Assembly: GCA_016202545.1 (NCBI GenBank)
Contig: JACQON010000028.1
Location: forward strand, 56,476-120,475
From: Chloroflexota bacterium
GTDB lineage: Bacteria > Chloroflexota > Dehalococcoidia > Dehalococcoidales > JACQON01
DNA length: 64,000 nucleotides
Direction: 5' to 3'
Shown here: one piece after another, positions 29,314 to 38,294 of the stretch
How the letters are laid out: each line of letters starts with the position of its first letter
How positions within the stretch are numbered: position 1 is the first letter of the stretch
The notes under the pieces: generated by a model
The model's input: only the letters and a program-made list of their open reading frames with translations
What the model was told of the DNA's origin: nothing
The model's database searches: none
Made by a program: the position numbers and the translations under genes

Positions 29314-31044
29314 CTAAGGGACCTGTCCCAGACGGCTGGTCTCTTCATCAATAATACTCTCATCCAGCTTGGGAAATAATGGCTCTGGTGGCATCATCTC
29401 CTGGCCCGGGGCTGGCCAGGTTATCTGCCAGCCGTAATCCTCCACCCTGCCGCTGAAGCCCAGGTACTGGTGCAGCTTTTGAGAGCTAAAGGGTAAAAAT
29501 GGGTATAACATCGTTCTCAGACAGGAAATTACATAAAGAGCTACATACAGTGAGTCAACGGCATCCTGTCTGTCCTCTTTAATCACCTTCCAGGGCGACT
29601 TTTTATCGAGATATTGGTTGGTCTCTTGGGCTAAATGCATAGCCCACATTACTGCCTGTTTGAACTGGCACTTTGAAAGATTATCATCAACGTTTTGAAA
29701 AAAGCTTTTGGCATCTTCTATCATGTTTAAACTAGGTTCATCTAAGTCTACGTAGTCTGCACTCATATCTGTGCTGAGGTCGTCCAGATATCTATGTATG
29801 ATTTCATATTTACTGTGCTTTGGCACACATCCATCGAAGTTACGGTAAACGAAGGTGAGCACCCGGTGGACAAGGTTACCATAAGTAGCCACTAGCTCAT
29901 TGTTATTGCGGCGGACGAACTCGCGCCAGGAGAAGTCGGTATCCGCGGTCTCGGGCATGTTTATGGACAGCACATAGCGCAGCGGGTCAGGCTCGTAGCG
30001 GGACAGGTAATCAGGCAGCCAGACCGCCCAGTTGCGGCTGGTGGAAAGCTTCTTTCCCTCCAGGGTCAGAAACTCGTTGGCCGGCACATCGTAGGGGAGG
30101 TTCAGGCCGCCGTAGCCCATGAGCATCGCCGGCCAGATGATAGTGTGGAAGGGAATGTTATCCTTGCCGATGAAGTAGTAGCTTTTCGTATCCCCCTGCC
30201 AGAAAGGGCGCCACCGGTCAGCGTCGCCGGTGGACTTGGCCCACTCCTTGGTGGCCGACAGGTAGCCAATCACCGCCTCGAACCAGACGTAGATACGCTT
30301 GGTCTGGTAGCCGTCAACCGGCACCGGTATGCCCCAGTCTATGTCACGGGTGATGGCCCTATCTTTCAGCCCCTCCTCAAGGTATTGCAGGGTGAAATTG
30401 AGGACGTTGGGCCGCCAGTGACTTTGCTGTCTCACCCACGATAGAAGACTGTCCCTGAAGGCGCTCAACTTGAAGAAGAAATGCTCCGAGTCCTTAAACT
30501 GGGGAGCGGTGCCGCACAGGTGGCAGCGAGGCTCAACCAGCTCGATGGGATTAAGGGGCTTGCCGCACTGGTCGCACTGGTCCCCCCTGGCTCCGGGGAA
30601 CTTGCAGTGCGGGCAGGTGCCGTCAACGTAGCGGTCGGGCAGAAAACGCTGACAGCGGGGGCAAAAAGGCTGTGACGTTACATCCCGGTAGATATAGCCC
30701 TTTTTGAGCAGGGTCAGGAAGATATCATGTGTCACCTCAGCGTGGTTGGCTGTTTCGGTGCTGGTGTAAAGGTCAAAGGAGATGCCCAGCTTCTGCCATG
30801 ATTCGAGGAACTCCTGGTGATACCGGCCGGCGATATCGGCAGGCTTCTTCCCTTCCTGCTCGGCCTTGATGGTTATCGGCGTGCCATGCTGGTCTGAGCC
30901 TGACACCATCAGGACTTCGTTTCCCTTGGCACGGTGGTAGCGGGCAAATATATCCGGCGGCAGATAAGCTCCGGCTATTTGCCCCAGGTGCAGCGAGCCG
31001 TTAGCGTAAGGCCAGGCGACACCGATGAAGATTCTTTCCCCCAT
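29314..31044 (-). CDS. metG: Methionine--tRNA ligase
   Basis: 'PYANG.LHLG', Zn knuckle, 'KLSTS'. Confidence 0.96.
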   Translation of the reverse strand: MGERIFIGVAWPYANGSLHLGQIAGAYLPPDIFARYHRAKGNEVLMVSGSDQHGTPITIKAEQEGKKPADIAGRYHQEFLESWQKLGISFDLYTSTETANHAEVTHDIFLTLLKKGYIYRDVTSQPFCPRCQRFLPDRYVDGTCPHCKFPGARGDQCDQCGKPLNPIELVEPRCHLCGTAPQFKDSEHFFFKLSAFRDSLLSWVRQQSHWRPNVLNFTLQYLEEGLKDRAITRDIDWGIPVPVDGYQTKRIYVWFEAVIGYLSATKEWAKSTGDADRWRPFWQGDTKSYYFIGKDNIPFHTIIWPAMLMGYGGLNLPYDVPANEFLTLEGKKLSTSRNWAVWLPDYLSRYEPDPLRYVLSINMPETADTDFSWREFVRRNNNELVATYGNLVHRVLTFVYRNFDGCVPKHSKYEIIHRYLDDLSTDMSADYVDLDEPSLNMIEDAKSFFQNVDDNLSKCQFKQAVMWAMHLAQETNQYLDKKSPWKVIKEDRQDAVDSLYVALYVISCLRTMLYPFLPFSSQKLHQYLGFSGRVEDYGWQITWPAPGQEMMPPEPLFPKLDESIIDEETSRLGQVP

Positions 31045-31056
31045 GATTTCCTTTCC

Positions 31057-31872
31057 TTAAGATAAGCTGAGCCAGGTGCGGTACAGCTCCCTCCGGGAGA
31101 GGCCGGTTTCCTTAGCTATCCTGGCCACCGCCTCCCTGGCGGCTGTCCCTGACAGGCGCATCTTCCGTAGCTGCTGCTCAACTTCTTCCGTCAGCCGTGG
31201 CTCGCTTTTCACCTTCTTGCCTTCGATTACCAGGGTGAACTCTCCTCTGGGCTCGACGAAATGCGCTCCAGCCTGGCTTATTGGCCCCCTGAAGATTTCC
31301 TCATGGACTTTGGTAAGCTCACGGCAAACGGCCGCCTTTCTGTCTCCCAGAATAAGCAATATATCATCGAGCGTAGCTAGCAGGCGGTGCGGCGATTCCA
31401 GGATGACGATGGTGCCGTATTCGTCGACCACGGATTCCAGCAGCCGCCGGCGGTCGCCCAGCCGGTGAGGCGGGAAGCCGAGGTAGACAAACTTGTCGGT
31501 GGGCAGTCCGGAGACAGCCAGCGCGGTGACGATGGCCGACGGTCCGGGGACGGGCACCACCGGGATGCCTTGCTGGATGGCGGCCGAGATGAGCTCGTAG
31601 CCGGGGTCAGACATGCCCGGCGTCCCGGCTTCGGAGACAATGGCCACGTCCTCCTCCTTAAGCCGTCCCAGGAGATAGCCCAGTTTGGCCCATTTATTGT
31701 GCTCATGATAGCTCGTCATCGGCGTCTTGATGTCATAAGCATTGAGAAGCCGCCTGGTTTTGCGCGTGTCCTCGGCGGCGATGAGCTTTGCCTGGCGCAG
31801 GATGCGAATAGCTCGCAGGGAGATATCCTCTAAGTTGCCGATGGGAGTAGCCACCACGTAAAGAACAGGCAT
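31057..31872 (-). CDS. rsmI: 16S rRNA C1402 2'-O-methyltransferase
   Basis: 'LYVVATPIGNLEDI', 'AEDTR', 'RELTK.HEE'. Confidence 0.95.
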   Translation of the reverse strand: MPVLYVVATPIGNLEDISLRAIRILRQAKLIAAEDTRKTRRLLNAYDIKTPMTSYHEHNKWAKLGYLLGRLKEEDVAIVSEAGTPGMSDPGYELISAAIQQGIPVVPVPGPSAIVTALAVSGLPTDKFVYLGFPPHRLGDRRRLLESVVDEYGTIVILESPHRLLATLDDILLILGDRKAAVCRELTKVHEEIFRGPISQAGAHFVEPRGEFTLVIEGKKVKSEPRLTEEVEQQLRKMRLSGTAAREAVARIAKETGLSRRELYRTWLSLS

Positions 31873-31948
31873 GCTTTTATCTTCTTTTAGATTATAGCTC
31901 ACATTCTTATCGTCCGTCTACCTGAACCTGCCAGGCTTTCTGGTAGAC

Positions 31949-31980
31949 GAGATTGCTTCGGGCTTTCGCCGTCGCATGAC
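31949..31980. repeat. Degenerate single arm of the REP-like hairpin found in family A elements
   Basis: Reverse complement GTCATGCGACGGCGAAAGCCCGAAGCAATCTC matches the 12.2 kb and 39.4 kb copies. Confidence 0.6.
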
Positions 31981-31990
31981 CGGTTCGTCC

Positions 31991-32020
31991 TTGACTTTAA
32001 GTTGCCATTTCTGGTATAGT
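31991..32020 (+). promoter_or_regulatory. Putative sigma70 promoter of the guaB-like gene
   Basis: TTGACT-18 bp-TATAGT with extended TG. Confidence 0.55.
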
Positions 32021-32044
32021 GTGTGTTTAAAGGAGGACGGCCTT

Positions 32045-33184
32045 ATGTCGGTTCCCGAATATAAGCAGCTCCGTCGTTCCTATGGGTTTGACGAAGTTGC
32101 CATAGTCCCTGGAGATGTGACCATCAATCCTGACCAGACCAATATTGAGCTTAAAGTAGACAGCTTCACCTGCTCCATCCCGATTATTGCCTCGGCAATG
32201 GACGCGGTGACCGATGTCAATTTCGCCATCCTGATGAGCAAGATGGGCGGAGTTGCCGTCCTCAATCTGGAGGGAGTACAGACGCGGTATGACGACCCCG
32301 GCGAGGTGCTGGCCGATATTGCCCGGGCTTCCAATGCCGAGGCTACTCCGCTGCTTCAGAAGGTCTATTCCCAGCCAATTAAGGAAAGCCTTATCGCCGA
32401 GCGAATCCAGGCCATCAAAAAGGCGGGGGCTACCTGCGCGGTCTCGGTAGCGCCGGCCAATGCCAAGCGCTTTGCCCCCATAGTTGCCGAAGCTGGAGCG
32501 GATATTTTCGTGGTGCAGTCCACCGTTACCAGCGCCCGGCATATTTCCAAAAGCTATCGAGGGCTGAGCTTCTCCGAGCTTCGTCAGTTGGTAGGCATAC
32601 CCATCATTGTCGGCAATTGCGTCAGCTATACTGCTTGCCTGGAGCTTGCGAGGACGGGGGTCTCCGGCGTCCTCGTCGGTGTGGGGCCGGGCGCTGCCTG
32701 TACCTCCAGAGAGGTTCTGGGCATAGGTGTGCCCCAGATAACAGCCACTATGGACTGTGCCGCTGCCAGGGACCAGTACTTGGCTGAGTCAGGAAGGTAT
32801 GTGCCGGTCATCACCGACGGCGGCTTTCGCAAGGGCGGTGACCTGTGCAAGGCTTTCGCCGCTGGCGCCGATGCGGTAATGCTCGGCTCCATCTTTGCCC
32901 AGGCTAAAGAGGCGCCTGGACTGGGCTATCATTGGGGCATGGCCAATCCCCACCCTGTGCTGCCCAGGGGAACGCGGATAAAGGTTGGCACTGCCGGCAC
33001 GCTGGAGCAGATTCTCTACGGCCCGACTTCGGTGACCGATGGCAGTCAGAACCTGGTCGGGGCCCTCCGTACCGCCATGGGTATCTGCGGGGCATTTAAC
33101 GTTGCGGAGATGCATAAGGCCGAGATGGTGTTCGCCCCGGCCATTACCACCGAGGGGAAGTCCTGGCAACTAATGCGCGCCTAG
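32045..33184 (+). CDS. IMP dehydrogenase family protein (GuaB3 type, no CBS domains)
   Basis: 'YGFDEVAIVP', 'ASAMD', 'GPGAACTSR', 'TDGG'. Confidence 0.9.
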   Translation: MSVPEYKQLRRSYGFDEVAIVPGDVTINPDQTNIELKVDSFTCSIPIIASAMDAVTDVNFAILMSKMGGVAVLNLEGVQTRYDDPGEVLADIARASNAEATPLLQKVYSQPIKESLIAERIQAIKKAGATCAVSVAPANAKRFAPIVAEAGADIFVVQSTVTSARHISKSYRGLSFSELRQLVGIPIIVGNCVSYTACLELARTGVSGVLVGVGPGAACTSREVLGIGVPQITATMDCAAARDQYLAESGRYVPVITDGGFRKGGDLCKAFAAGADAVMLGSIFAQAKEAPGLGYHWGMANPHPVLPRGTRIKVGTAGTLEQILYGPTSVTDGSQNLVGALRTAMGICGAFNVAEMHKAEMVFAPAITTEGKSWQLMRA

Positions 33185-33196
33185 CCTGACCAGGCT

Positions 33197-33982
33197 TCAG
33201 TGCCCGGTGTGGAGATGTTCCTCTTCTTCCTCTTCCTCCGCCACTTGCGGCTCTGCCACGGTTTGAGGTAGCAGGGTAACCTCGTGCTTCGGGGGCGGCG
33301 AGAAGGTCAGGCTGTCAATTATCTGGCGCAGTTTCTTTAGCTCGGCGGCGGGCTGTCTGGGCTCCGCCTTTACCAGCACGCCCCTCACCCCGGCCTGCCA
33401 CAGTGCCTGTAGCTCATCAGCGGTTGCCTGTGGCGTAGCGGTGGCCAGCAGCGGCTTGGTCACCAGGTTAGAGAAACGCTGAAAGACCATTAGCTGGCGC
33501 CAGGTAAGGAAGTCGTCTCCTCCCTCCTCGCCGGTAACCAGTACCGCGTCTACAGGCAGGGCATTGATTGCCCTCAGTAGCCCGTCATCGCTTGACGCCT
33601 CCACCTGCAAGACCCGGCCGGCTTTACCGTCTTGAGGCATGGCTGAGAATGCGCTATCCGCGGGAAAGACCACGAAATCGCCAGCCTTGGCTACCTGCTC
33701 TATGTCTCCCCGGCGGGCTTTCGTCAGCCAGCCGCCCCAGGGTATGCCGGGCGCCTCCCCGGTCATCCTGTCAAGGGCTGCGGCTGCTGCTGATGGCTCG
33801 CCTATGGAGAGCACACCGGCATCGGCCGCGGAGGCGTAATCGGCCGGGGCCTCAGTATCGCCGTCCAGCCAGGATAGCAGCAGCAACCCGGGCTTTTGAG
33901 GCGAGGGCCCGGATTTCCTGAATCCCATAGACTGTGGCGCGCCATGCGACATCTGTTTCAGCTTGCCTATAAACTGGCTCAT
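33197..33982 (-). CDS. Hypothetical protein, possibly TIM-barrel-like, with a poly-Glu tail
   Basis: 261 aa ORF with host-like codon usage. Confidence 0.65.
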   Translation of the reverse strand: MSQFIGKLKQMSHGAPQSMGFRKSGPSPQKPGLLLLSWLDGDTEAPADYASAADAGVLSIGEPSAAAAALDRMTGEAPGIPWGGWLTKARRGDIEQVAKAGDFVVFPADSAFSAMPQDGKAGRVLQVEASSDDGLLRAINALPVDAVLVTGEEGGDDFLTWRQLMVFQRFSNLVTKPLLATATPQATADELQALWQAGVRGVLVKAEPRQPAAELKKLRQIIDSLTFSPPPKHEVTLLPQTVAEPQVAEEEEEEEHLHTGH

Positions 33983-33995
33983 CTGCGTCCCTCCC

Positions 33996-34036
33996 AGCCA
34001 GCGGAGGATTCGAATCCACGGCCGGCGGTTTATGAA
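33996..34036 (-). repeat. Degenerate duplicate of the tRNA-Thr 3' half (att-site scar)
   Basis: TTCATAAACCGCCGGCCGTGGATTCGAATCCTCCGCTGGCT versus tRNA TTCGTAAAGCGCGGGTCGGGGGTTCGAGTCCTCTCGCTGGCT. Confidence 0.75.
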
Positions 34037-34058
34037 TTATCAGGTGAAGAACCCGGTC

Positions 34059-34131
34059 AGCCAGCGAGAGGACTCGAACCCCCGACCCGCGCTTTACGAA
34101 AGCGCTGCTCTACCAACTGAGCTACGCTGGC
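34059..34131 (-). tRNA. tRNA-Thr(CGT), CCA not encoded
   Basis: GCCAGCG/CGCTGGC acceptor, GCGCT-TTCGTAA-AGCGC anticodon arm, GTTCGAG. Confidence 0.95.
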
Positions 34132-34316
34132 CCGAATAAAGTATAGCATAAACCAGCCCGGTAGTTGAAAGTTCTGCCGCGTGTTCTCCTGTCGGTCAGG
34201 CTTGCCCTTTGCGGCAACACGCGGTAAACTACATTGTTAGACCACGGCGGCAGACGTGCCTGCACGCTGAAGTGTGTTACGGCACGCAGGCGTGCCGAGG
34301 GCTGGAAAGGAAAGGC

Positions 34317-35636
34317 TTGGCTGAGCTTCGCCCGTTCCGCGGCATACGTTATAACCAAACGCTGGTCGGCGACCTGGCGGCGGTTATCTGCCCCCCTTAT
34401 GACATCATCAGTCCCCAGTTGCAGCAAGAGCTGCACCGCAGGAGTAAGTATAACTTCGTCCGGGTGGAGTACGGCCGTGAGCTGCCGCAGGACACGGCCG
34501 CAGACAACAAATATACCCGGGCCGCGGCCACAATTGAGCAATGGCTGGAGCAGGGCGTTCTGGCCATCGACAAGACACCGGCCATCTATCTCCACGACCA
34601 CTATTTCATCCATGAGGGAAGACGGCGCCGGCGCCGCGGCATAGCCGCCTGTATCAGGCTGGAGGAGTGGGACAGGATGGTCGTCCGTCCTCACGAGGGC
34701 ACCCTCGCCCGGCCCAAAAGCGACCGGATGAGCCTGTTACGGGCATGCCAGGCCAATATCAGCCCCATCCTGGCCCTGTTTGAAGACCGGGAAGGGACGG
34801 TATCATCGCTGCTGTCGACACAGGGCAAGAAGCATCCCGTGCTCAACCCGGACAATGCTGACGGAGATAGTCATCAAGTCCGGGCAATCACCGAGCCCGG
34901 GGCTGTCGAGGAGATATGCCGCTGCTTTGCTGACCGGCCGGTTTACATCGCCGACGGGCATCACCGCTACGAGAGCGCCCTCGCCTACCGGCGTGAGCGG
35001 CTCAGCAGTTCACCGGCGGCATCGCCGGATGAGGGCTTCAACTTTGTCATGATGACGCTGGTGGACTTCTCTGACCCCGGGCTGGTCATCCTGCCGCCCC
35101 ACCGGCTGGTCCGGGGCATATCAAAATCAACCCTTAGCGGCTTGATGGGCCGGTTAAAGTCCTTCTTTGAGATGGAGGAGCTGCCGCTCGATAAGCCTGA
35201 TGTCTGGCGGGAGTTTGACGACCTGCTGACTGGCGTGAGACCCGGCGATACGGGGCAGGTCAGGCTGGGGCTTTTCGGCCCGGCAGCGGAGCGAGTTTTC
35301 GTGCTACGGCTGCTTGACTTCGCCAGCGCCAGGCAGCTAATGCCCCAGTTCCACTCCGAGCTGTACCAGAAGCTGGATGTCAGCATTCTCGACCACCTGA
35401 TACTGGAGAAGCTGCTGGGAGTAGAAGGCGAGGAAATGGCCATCGGCTACAGCTATGACAAGCGGGATGCCGTACGCCGGGTGCTCGACCAGGAATACCA
35501 GCTTGCCTTTCTGTTGAGCCCGGTCAGGCCGGAGGTAATCAAGGCTATCGCCGACGCCGGCGACAGGATGCCGCGAAAGTCGACCTATTTTTATCCCAAG
35601 CTCCCGGCGGGGCTGGTCTTCCGGCGGCTGGTATAA
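34317..35636 (+). CDS. DUF1015 family protein
   Basis: 'PFRG.RY', 'PPYD', 'PHE.T', 'IADGHHRY', 'MPRKSTYFYPK'. Confidence 0.92.
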   Translation: MAELRPFRGIRYNQTLVGDLAAVICPPYDIISPQLQQELHRRSKYNFVRVEYGRELPQDTAADNKYTRAAATIEQWLEQGVLAIDKTPAIYLHDHYFIHEGRRRRRRGIAACIRLEEWDRMVVRPHEGTLARPKSDRMSLLRACQANISPILALFEDREGTVSSLLSTQGKKHPVLNPDNADGDSHQVRAITEPGAVEEICRCFADRPVYIADGHHRYESALAYRRERLSSSPAASPDEGFNFVMMTLVDFSDPGLVILPPHRLVRGISKSTLSGLMGRLKSFFEMEELPLDKPDVWREFDDLLTGVRPGDTGQVRLGLFGPAAERVFVLRLLDFASARQLMPQFHSELYQKLDVSILDHLILEKLLGVEGEEMAIGYSYDKRDAVRRVLDQEYQLAFLLSPVRPEVIKAIADAGDRMPRKSTYFYPKLPAGLVFRRLV

Positions 35637-35648
35637 GCCTGCCGGCCT

Positions 35649-36746
35649 TTAGCTTCCGCCAACCTTGAATCCAGCCTGCGGCAGGGTTACCTTGAGGGCT
35701 GACATAACCGTCTTGATGTCCTCCCCGGTCACCCAGCCCATGTGGCCGATGCGAAATATCTTGCCGTCCAGCCTTGACTGTCCGCCGGCGAGCACCACGT
35801 GCTGCTCCTCCCTCATCAGCTTGAGCAGCTTCTTGGTGTCCAGGCCGTCGGGGGCGGCTATGGCAGTGACCACGTTGGAGGCATGGCTTTCCTGGGCGAA
35901 AAGGGACAGCCCCAGCGACTTCACCCCATCGCGGGCGGCCCTGGCCAGCCGGGCGTGACGGGCAAGGATGTTGGGCAATCCCTCTTTGAGCATCATATCC
36001 AGCGCCACCGACAGAGCGAACACGACCGAAACGGCCGGCGTCCATGGCGTTTGCTTCTTCTCCAGGGAGCTCCTGGCCCTGGTGAAATCCCAGTAGACAC
36101 GCGGCATCTTCGCCTGCGCCTGCGCCCGCCATCCCTCCTCACTGACGCTGACCATGGCCAGGCCGGGCGGTGCCATCCACGCCTTCTGGGAGCCGGTAAC
36201 GGTGACATCGCAGCGCCATTTGTCTACCGGCAGGTCAATCGAGCCGAGGCTGCTAATAGCGTCAACCAGCAGTAGCTTGCCAAACTCCTTCACCACCGAG
36301 CTGAGCGCGGCTAGGTCATTGGTGACGCCGGTGGAGGTCTCGTTGTGAGTGACCAGCACCGCCTTTATCTTCGGGTCGGCGTGAAGGGCACGGCGCACGG
36401 CATCCGGCTCAGCCGGCTTGCCCCACTCAAATCGGAGCGGCGTCACCTCGGCGCCGAACTGCTCGGCGATAGCGGCAAACCGGTCGCCGAAGACGCCATT
36501 GGATACTGCCAGCACCTTGTCACCGGGAGACAGGGTATTGACTATGGCCGCCTCCAGGCCGCCCGTGCCTGAGCTGGTGAGCAGGAGGATGTCCCCTTTG
36601 GTCTGGAACAGTTGCTTCAGCTTGACCGTTACTCCCTCCAGTATCCGGCCGAACTCCTCACCGCGGTGATTTATCATCTGCCGGGACATCGCCTGGCGGA
36701 CCTCGTCAGGGAGGGGAGTAGGCCCTGGGATTCTTAGATTTTCCAT
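35649..36746 (-). CDS. Class V PLP aminotransferase (serine-pyruvate/alanine-glyoxylate family)
   Basis: 'IPGPT', 'HNETSTG', 'DAISS', 'GSQKA', 'FRIGHMG'. Confidence 0.92.
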   Translation of the reverse strand: MENLRIPGPTPLPDEVRQAMSRQMINHRGEEFGRILEGVTVKLKQLFQTKGDILLLTSSGTGGLEAAIVNTLSPGDKVLAVSNGVFGDRFAAIAEQFGAEVTPLRFEWGKPAEPDAVRRALHADPKIKAVLVTHNETSTGVTNDLAALSSVVKEFGKLLLVDAISSLGSIDLPVDKWRCDVTVTGSQKAWMAPPGLAMVSVSEEGWRAQAQAKMPRVYWDFTRARSSLEKKQTPWTPAVSVVFALSVALDMMLKEGLPNILARHARLARAARDGVKSLGLSLFAQESHASNVVTAIAAPDGLDTKKLLKLMREEQHVVLAGGQSRLDGKIFRIGHMGWVTGEDIKTVMSALKVTLPQAGFKVGGS

Positions 36747-36767
36747 TTTACTCCTTTACTGCTACTG

Positions 36768-36960
36768 CTAGTGTCTTGTCAGGTTAATTACTGTACCAAT
36801 TACTGTTTCAGCACATAGTCCTACTTACGACGACCTCATCCCCTTTATCCCCTTCTCCTTCAAGGAGAAGGGGAAGAGATTTTAGAGAGGGGGCTGTGCC
36901 CCCTCTCTTTTCTTAACTCCCTCTTCCCAATGGGAAGGGGGTCAGGGGGATAGGTCACTG
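36768..36960. repeat. Palindrome-rich intergenic element, family B, copy 1
   Basis: Starts CTAGTGT..TGTCAGGTTAA like 41603; hairpins CCCCTTCTCC/GGAGAAGGGG and GAGAGGGGG/CCCCCTCTC. Confidence 0.8.
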
Positions 36961-36979
36961 AAACCTCGTCAATGTATTT

Positions 36980-38290
36980 TTAATCACCACTAACTAGCTT
37001 TACCCAGCGCCGCTTGCCTACCTTGATGACGCTGCCTAGCTTAATAGTCTCGTGTTCCTCATAGTCTTTATAAATTGTCCTGTTATCTATGCGAACAGCC
37101 TCTTGTGCTATAAGACGCCTAGCATCACTACGGCTTTTAGCTAAGCCTATCTCACATAACAGCAGAGGAACTGATACATCCCACTCTTCAGTCTCAGGCT
37201 TGCCGACCTCTCTACCGCTAACCACAAATCCCTTCTCTTTAAATGTGCTAGCCGTTACTTTTTTTAGCAACTCTGGAGTTATCTTTACTTGCTGTATTTT
37301 TTCCGGCATCTCCTTCTTCTGAACTACTCTCTCAAACTGTTCCTCAGCCTCAGCCGCCTGCTCTTGGTCATAGAGCTGAGCCACAATCTCCCTGGCCAGT
37401 CGCTTTTTGAGTGTCATAGGATTAACTGTGTCATCGGTAAGTGCTTGTCTGAATTCCTCCAGTTCCTCATCCGGCACATCGGTCACCAGCTCGAAGTATT
37501 GCAGGATAAGGCTATCGGGGATGGACATTATCTTGCCGAACATCTGGTTGGGCGGCTCACTGATGCCGATGTAGTTGCCCAGGCTCTTGCTCATCTTCTG
37601 TGCGCCATCAGTGCCGATGAGAAGCGGGGTCATCAGGCATTGCTGGGGGCGCTGGCCCATCGTGGACTGTAGCTCTCTGCCTACCAGGAGGTTGAATTTC
37701 TGGTCAATGCCGCCGAACTCAACGTCAGCTTGCACCGCCACCGAGTCATAAGCCTGGAGCAGCGGATAGAGCAGCTCCGTCACGGCGATGGGCCGCCCGG
37801 CGCTGTACCGGCTGGCGAAGTCCTCTCGCGCCAGCATCTGGGCTACGGTGAACTTGCTGGTGAGCCTGATGACCTCGCTCAGGTCAAACCGGTCGAACCA
37901 CTCGCTTTGCCACTTTACCTCTGTCCGGTCGCGGTCAACCACCTTGAAGAACTGCTCCATGTAGGTGGCAGCGTTGGCCCGGACTTGCTCCGCGGATAGC
38001 ATGGGCCGGGTGATGGAGGCGCCGCTGGGGTCGCCAATGCGGGCCGTCCAATCGCCAACGATGAGCACAATCTGGTGTCCCATCTCCTGGAACTGGCGCA
38101 GCTTTCTCAGCGCCACCATATGCCCCAGGTGAATATCAGGGAAGCTGGGGTCGAAGCCCTCTTTCAGGCGCAGTCGCCTGCCCGAGCGCAACAACTCCAC
38201 CAGTTCGTCTTTGACTATGATTTCAGCCACCCCGCGCCCCAGCAGGCGGTCAATATCCGGGCTGAGGGTGACTTTCCGTTGAGCCTTCAT
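36980..38290 (-). CDS. tyrS: Tyrosine--tRNA ligase
   Basis: 'GFDPS..DIHLGH', 'YPLLQAYD', KMSKS, C-terminal S4 domain. Confidence 0.96.
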   Translation of the reverse strand: MKAQRKVTLSPDIDRLLGRGVAEIIVKDELVELLRSGRRLRLKEGFDPSFPDIHLGHMVALRKLRQFQEMGHQIVLIVGDWTARIGDPSGASITRPMLSAEQVRANAATYMEQFFKVVDRDRTEVKWQSEWFDRFDLSEVIRLTSKFTVAQMLAREDFASRYSAGRPIAVTELLYPLLQAYDSVAVQADVEFGGIDQKFNLLVGRELQSTMGQRPQQCLMTPLLIGTDGAQKMSKSLGNYIGISEPPNQMFGKIMSIPDSLILQYFELVTDVPDEELEEFRQALTDDTVNPMTLKKRLAREIVAQLYDQEQAAEAEEQFERVVQKKEMPEKIQQVKITPELLKKVTASTFKEKGFVVSGREVGKPETEEWDVSVPLLLCEIGLAKSRSDARRLIAQEAVRIDNRTIYKDYEEHETIKLGSVIKVGKRRWVKLVSGD

Positions 38291-38294
38291 GTCT

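Noticed and set aside
29480-29830. Intein, intron or DGR variable region in metG/tyrS
   Set aside because: No intein termini, frame uninterrupted, and no template repeat or reverse transcriptase in the window
33996-34058. Possible second tRNA with a CAT anticodon
   Set aside because: No 5' acceptor strand or D-arm; better explained as a degenerate att duplicate of tRNA-Thr
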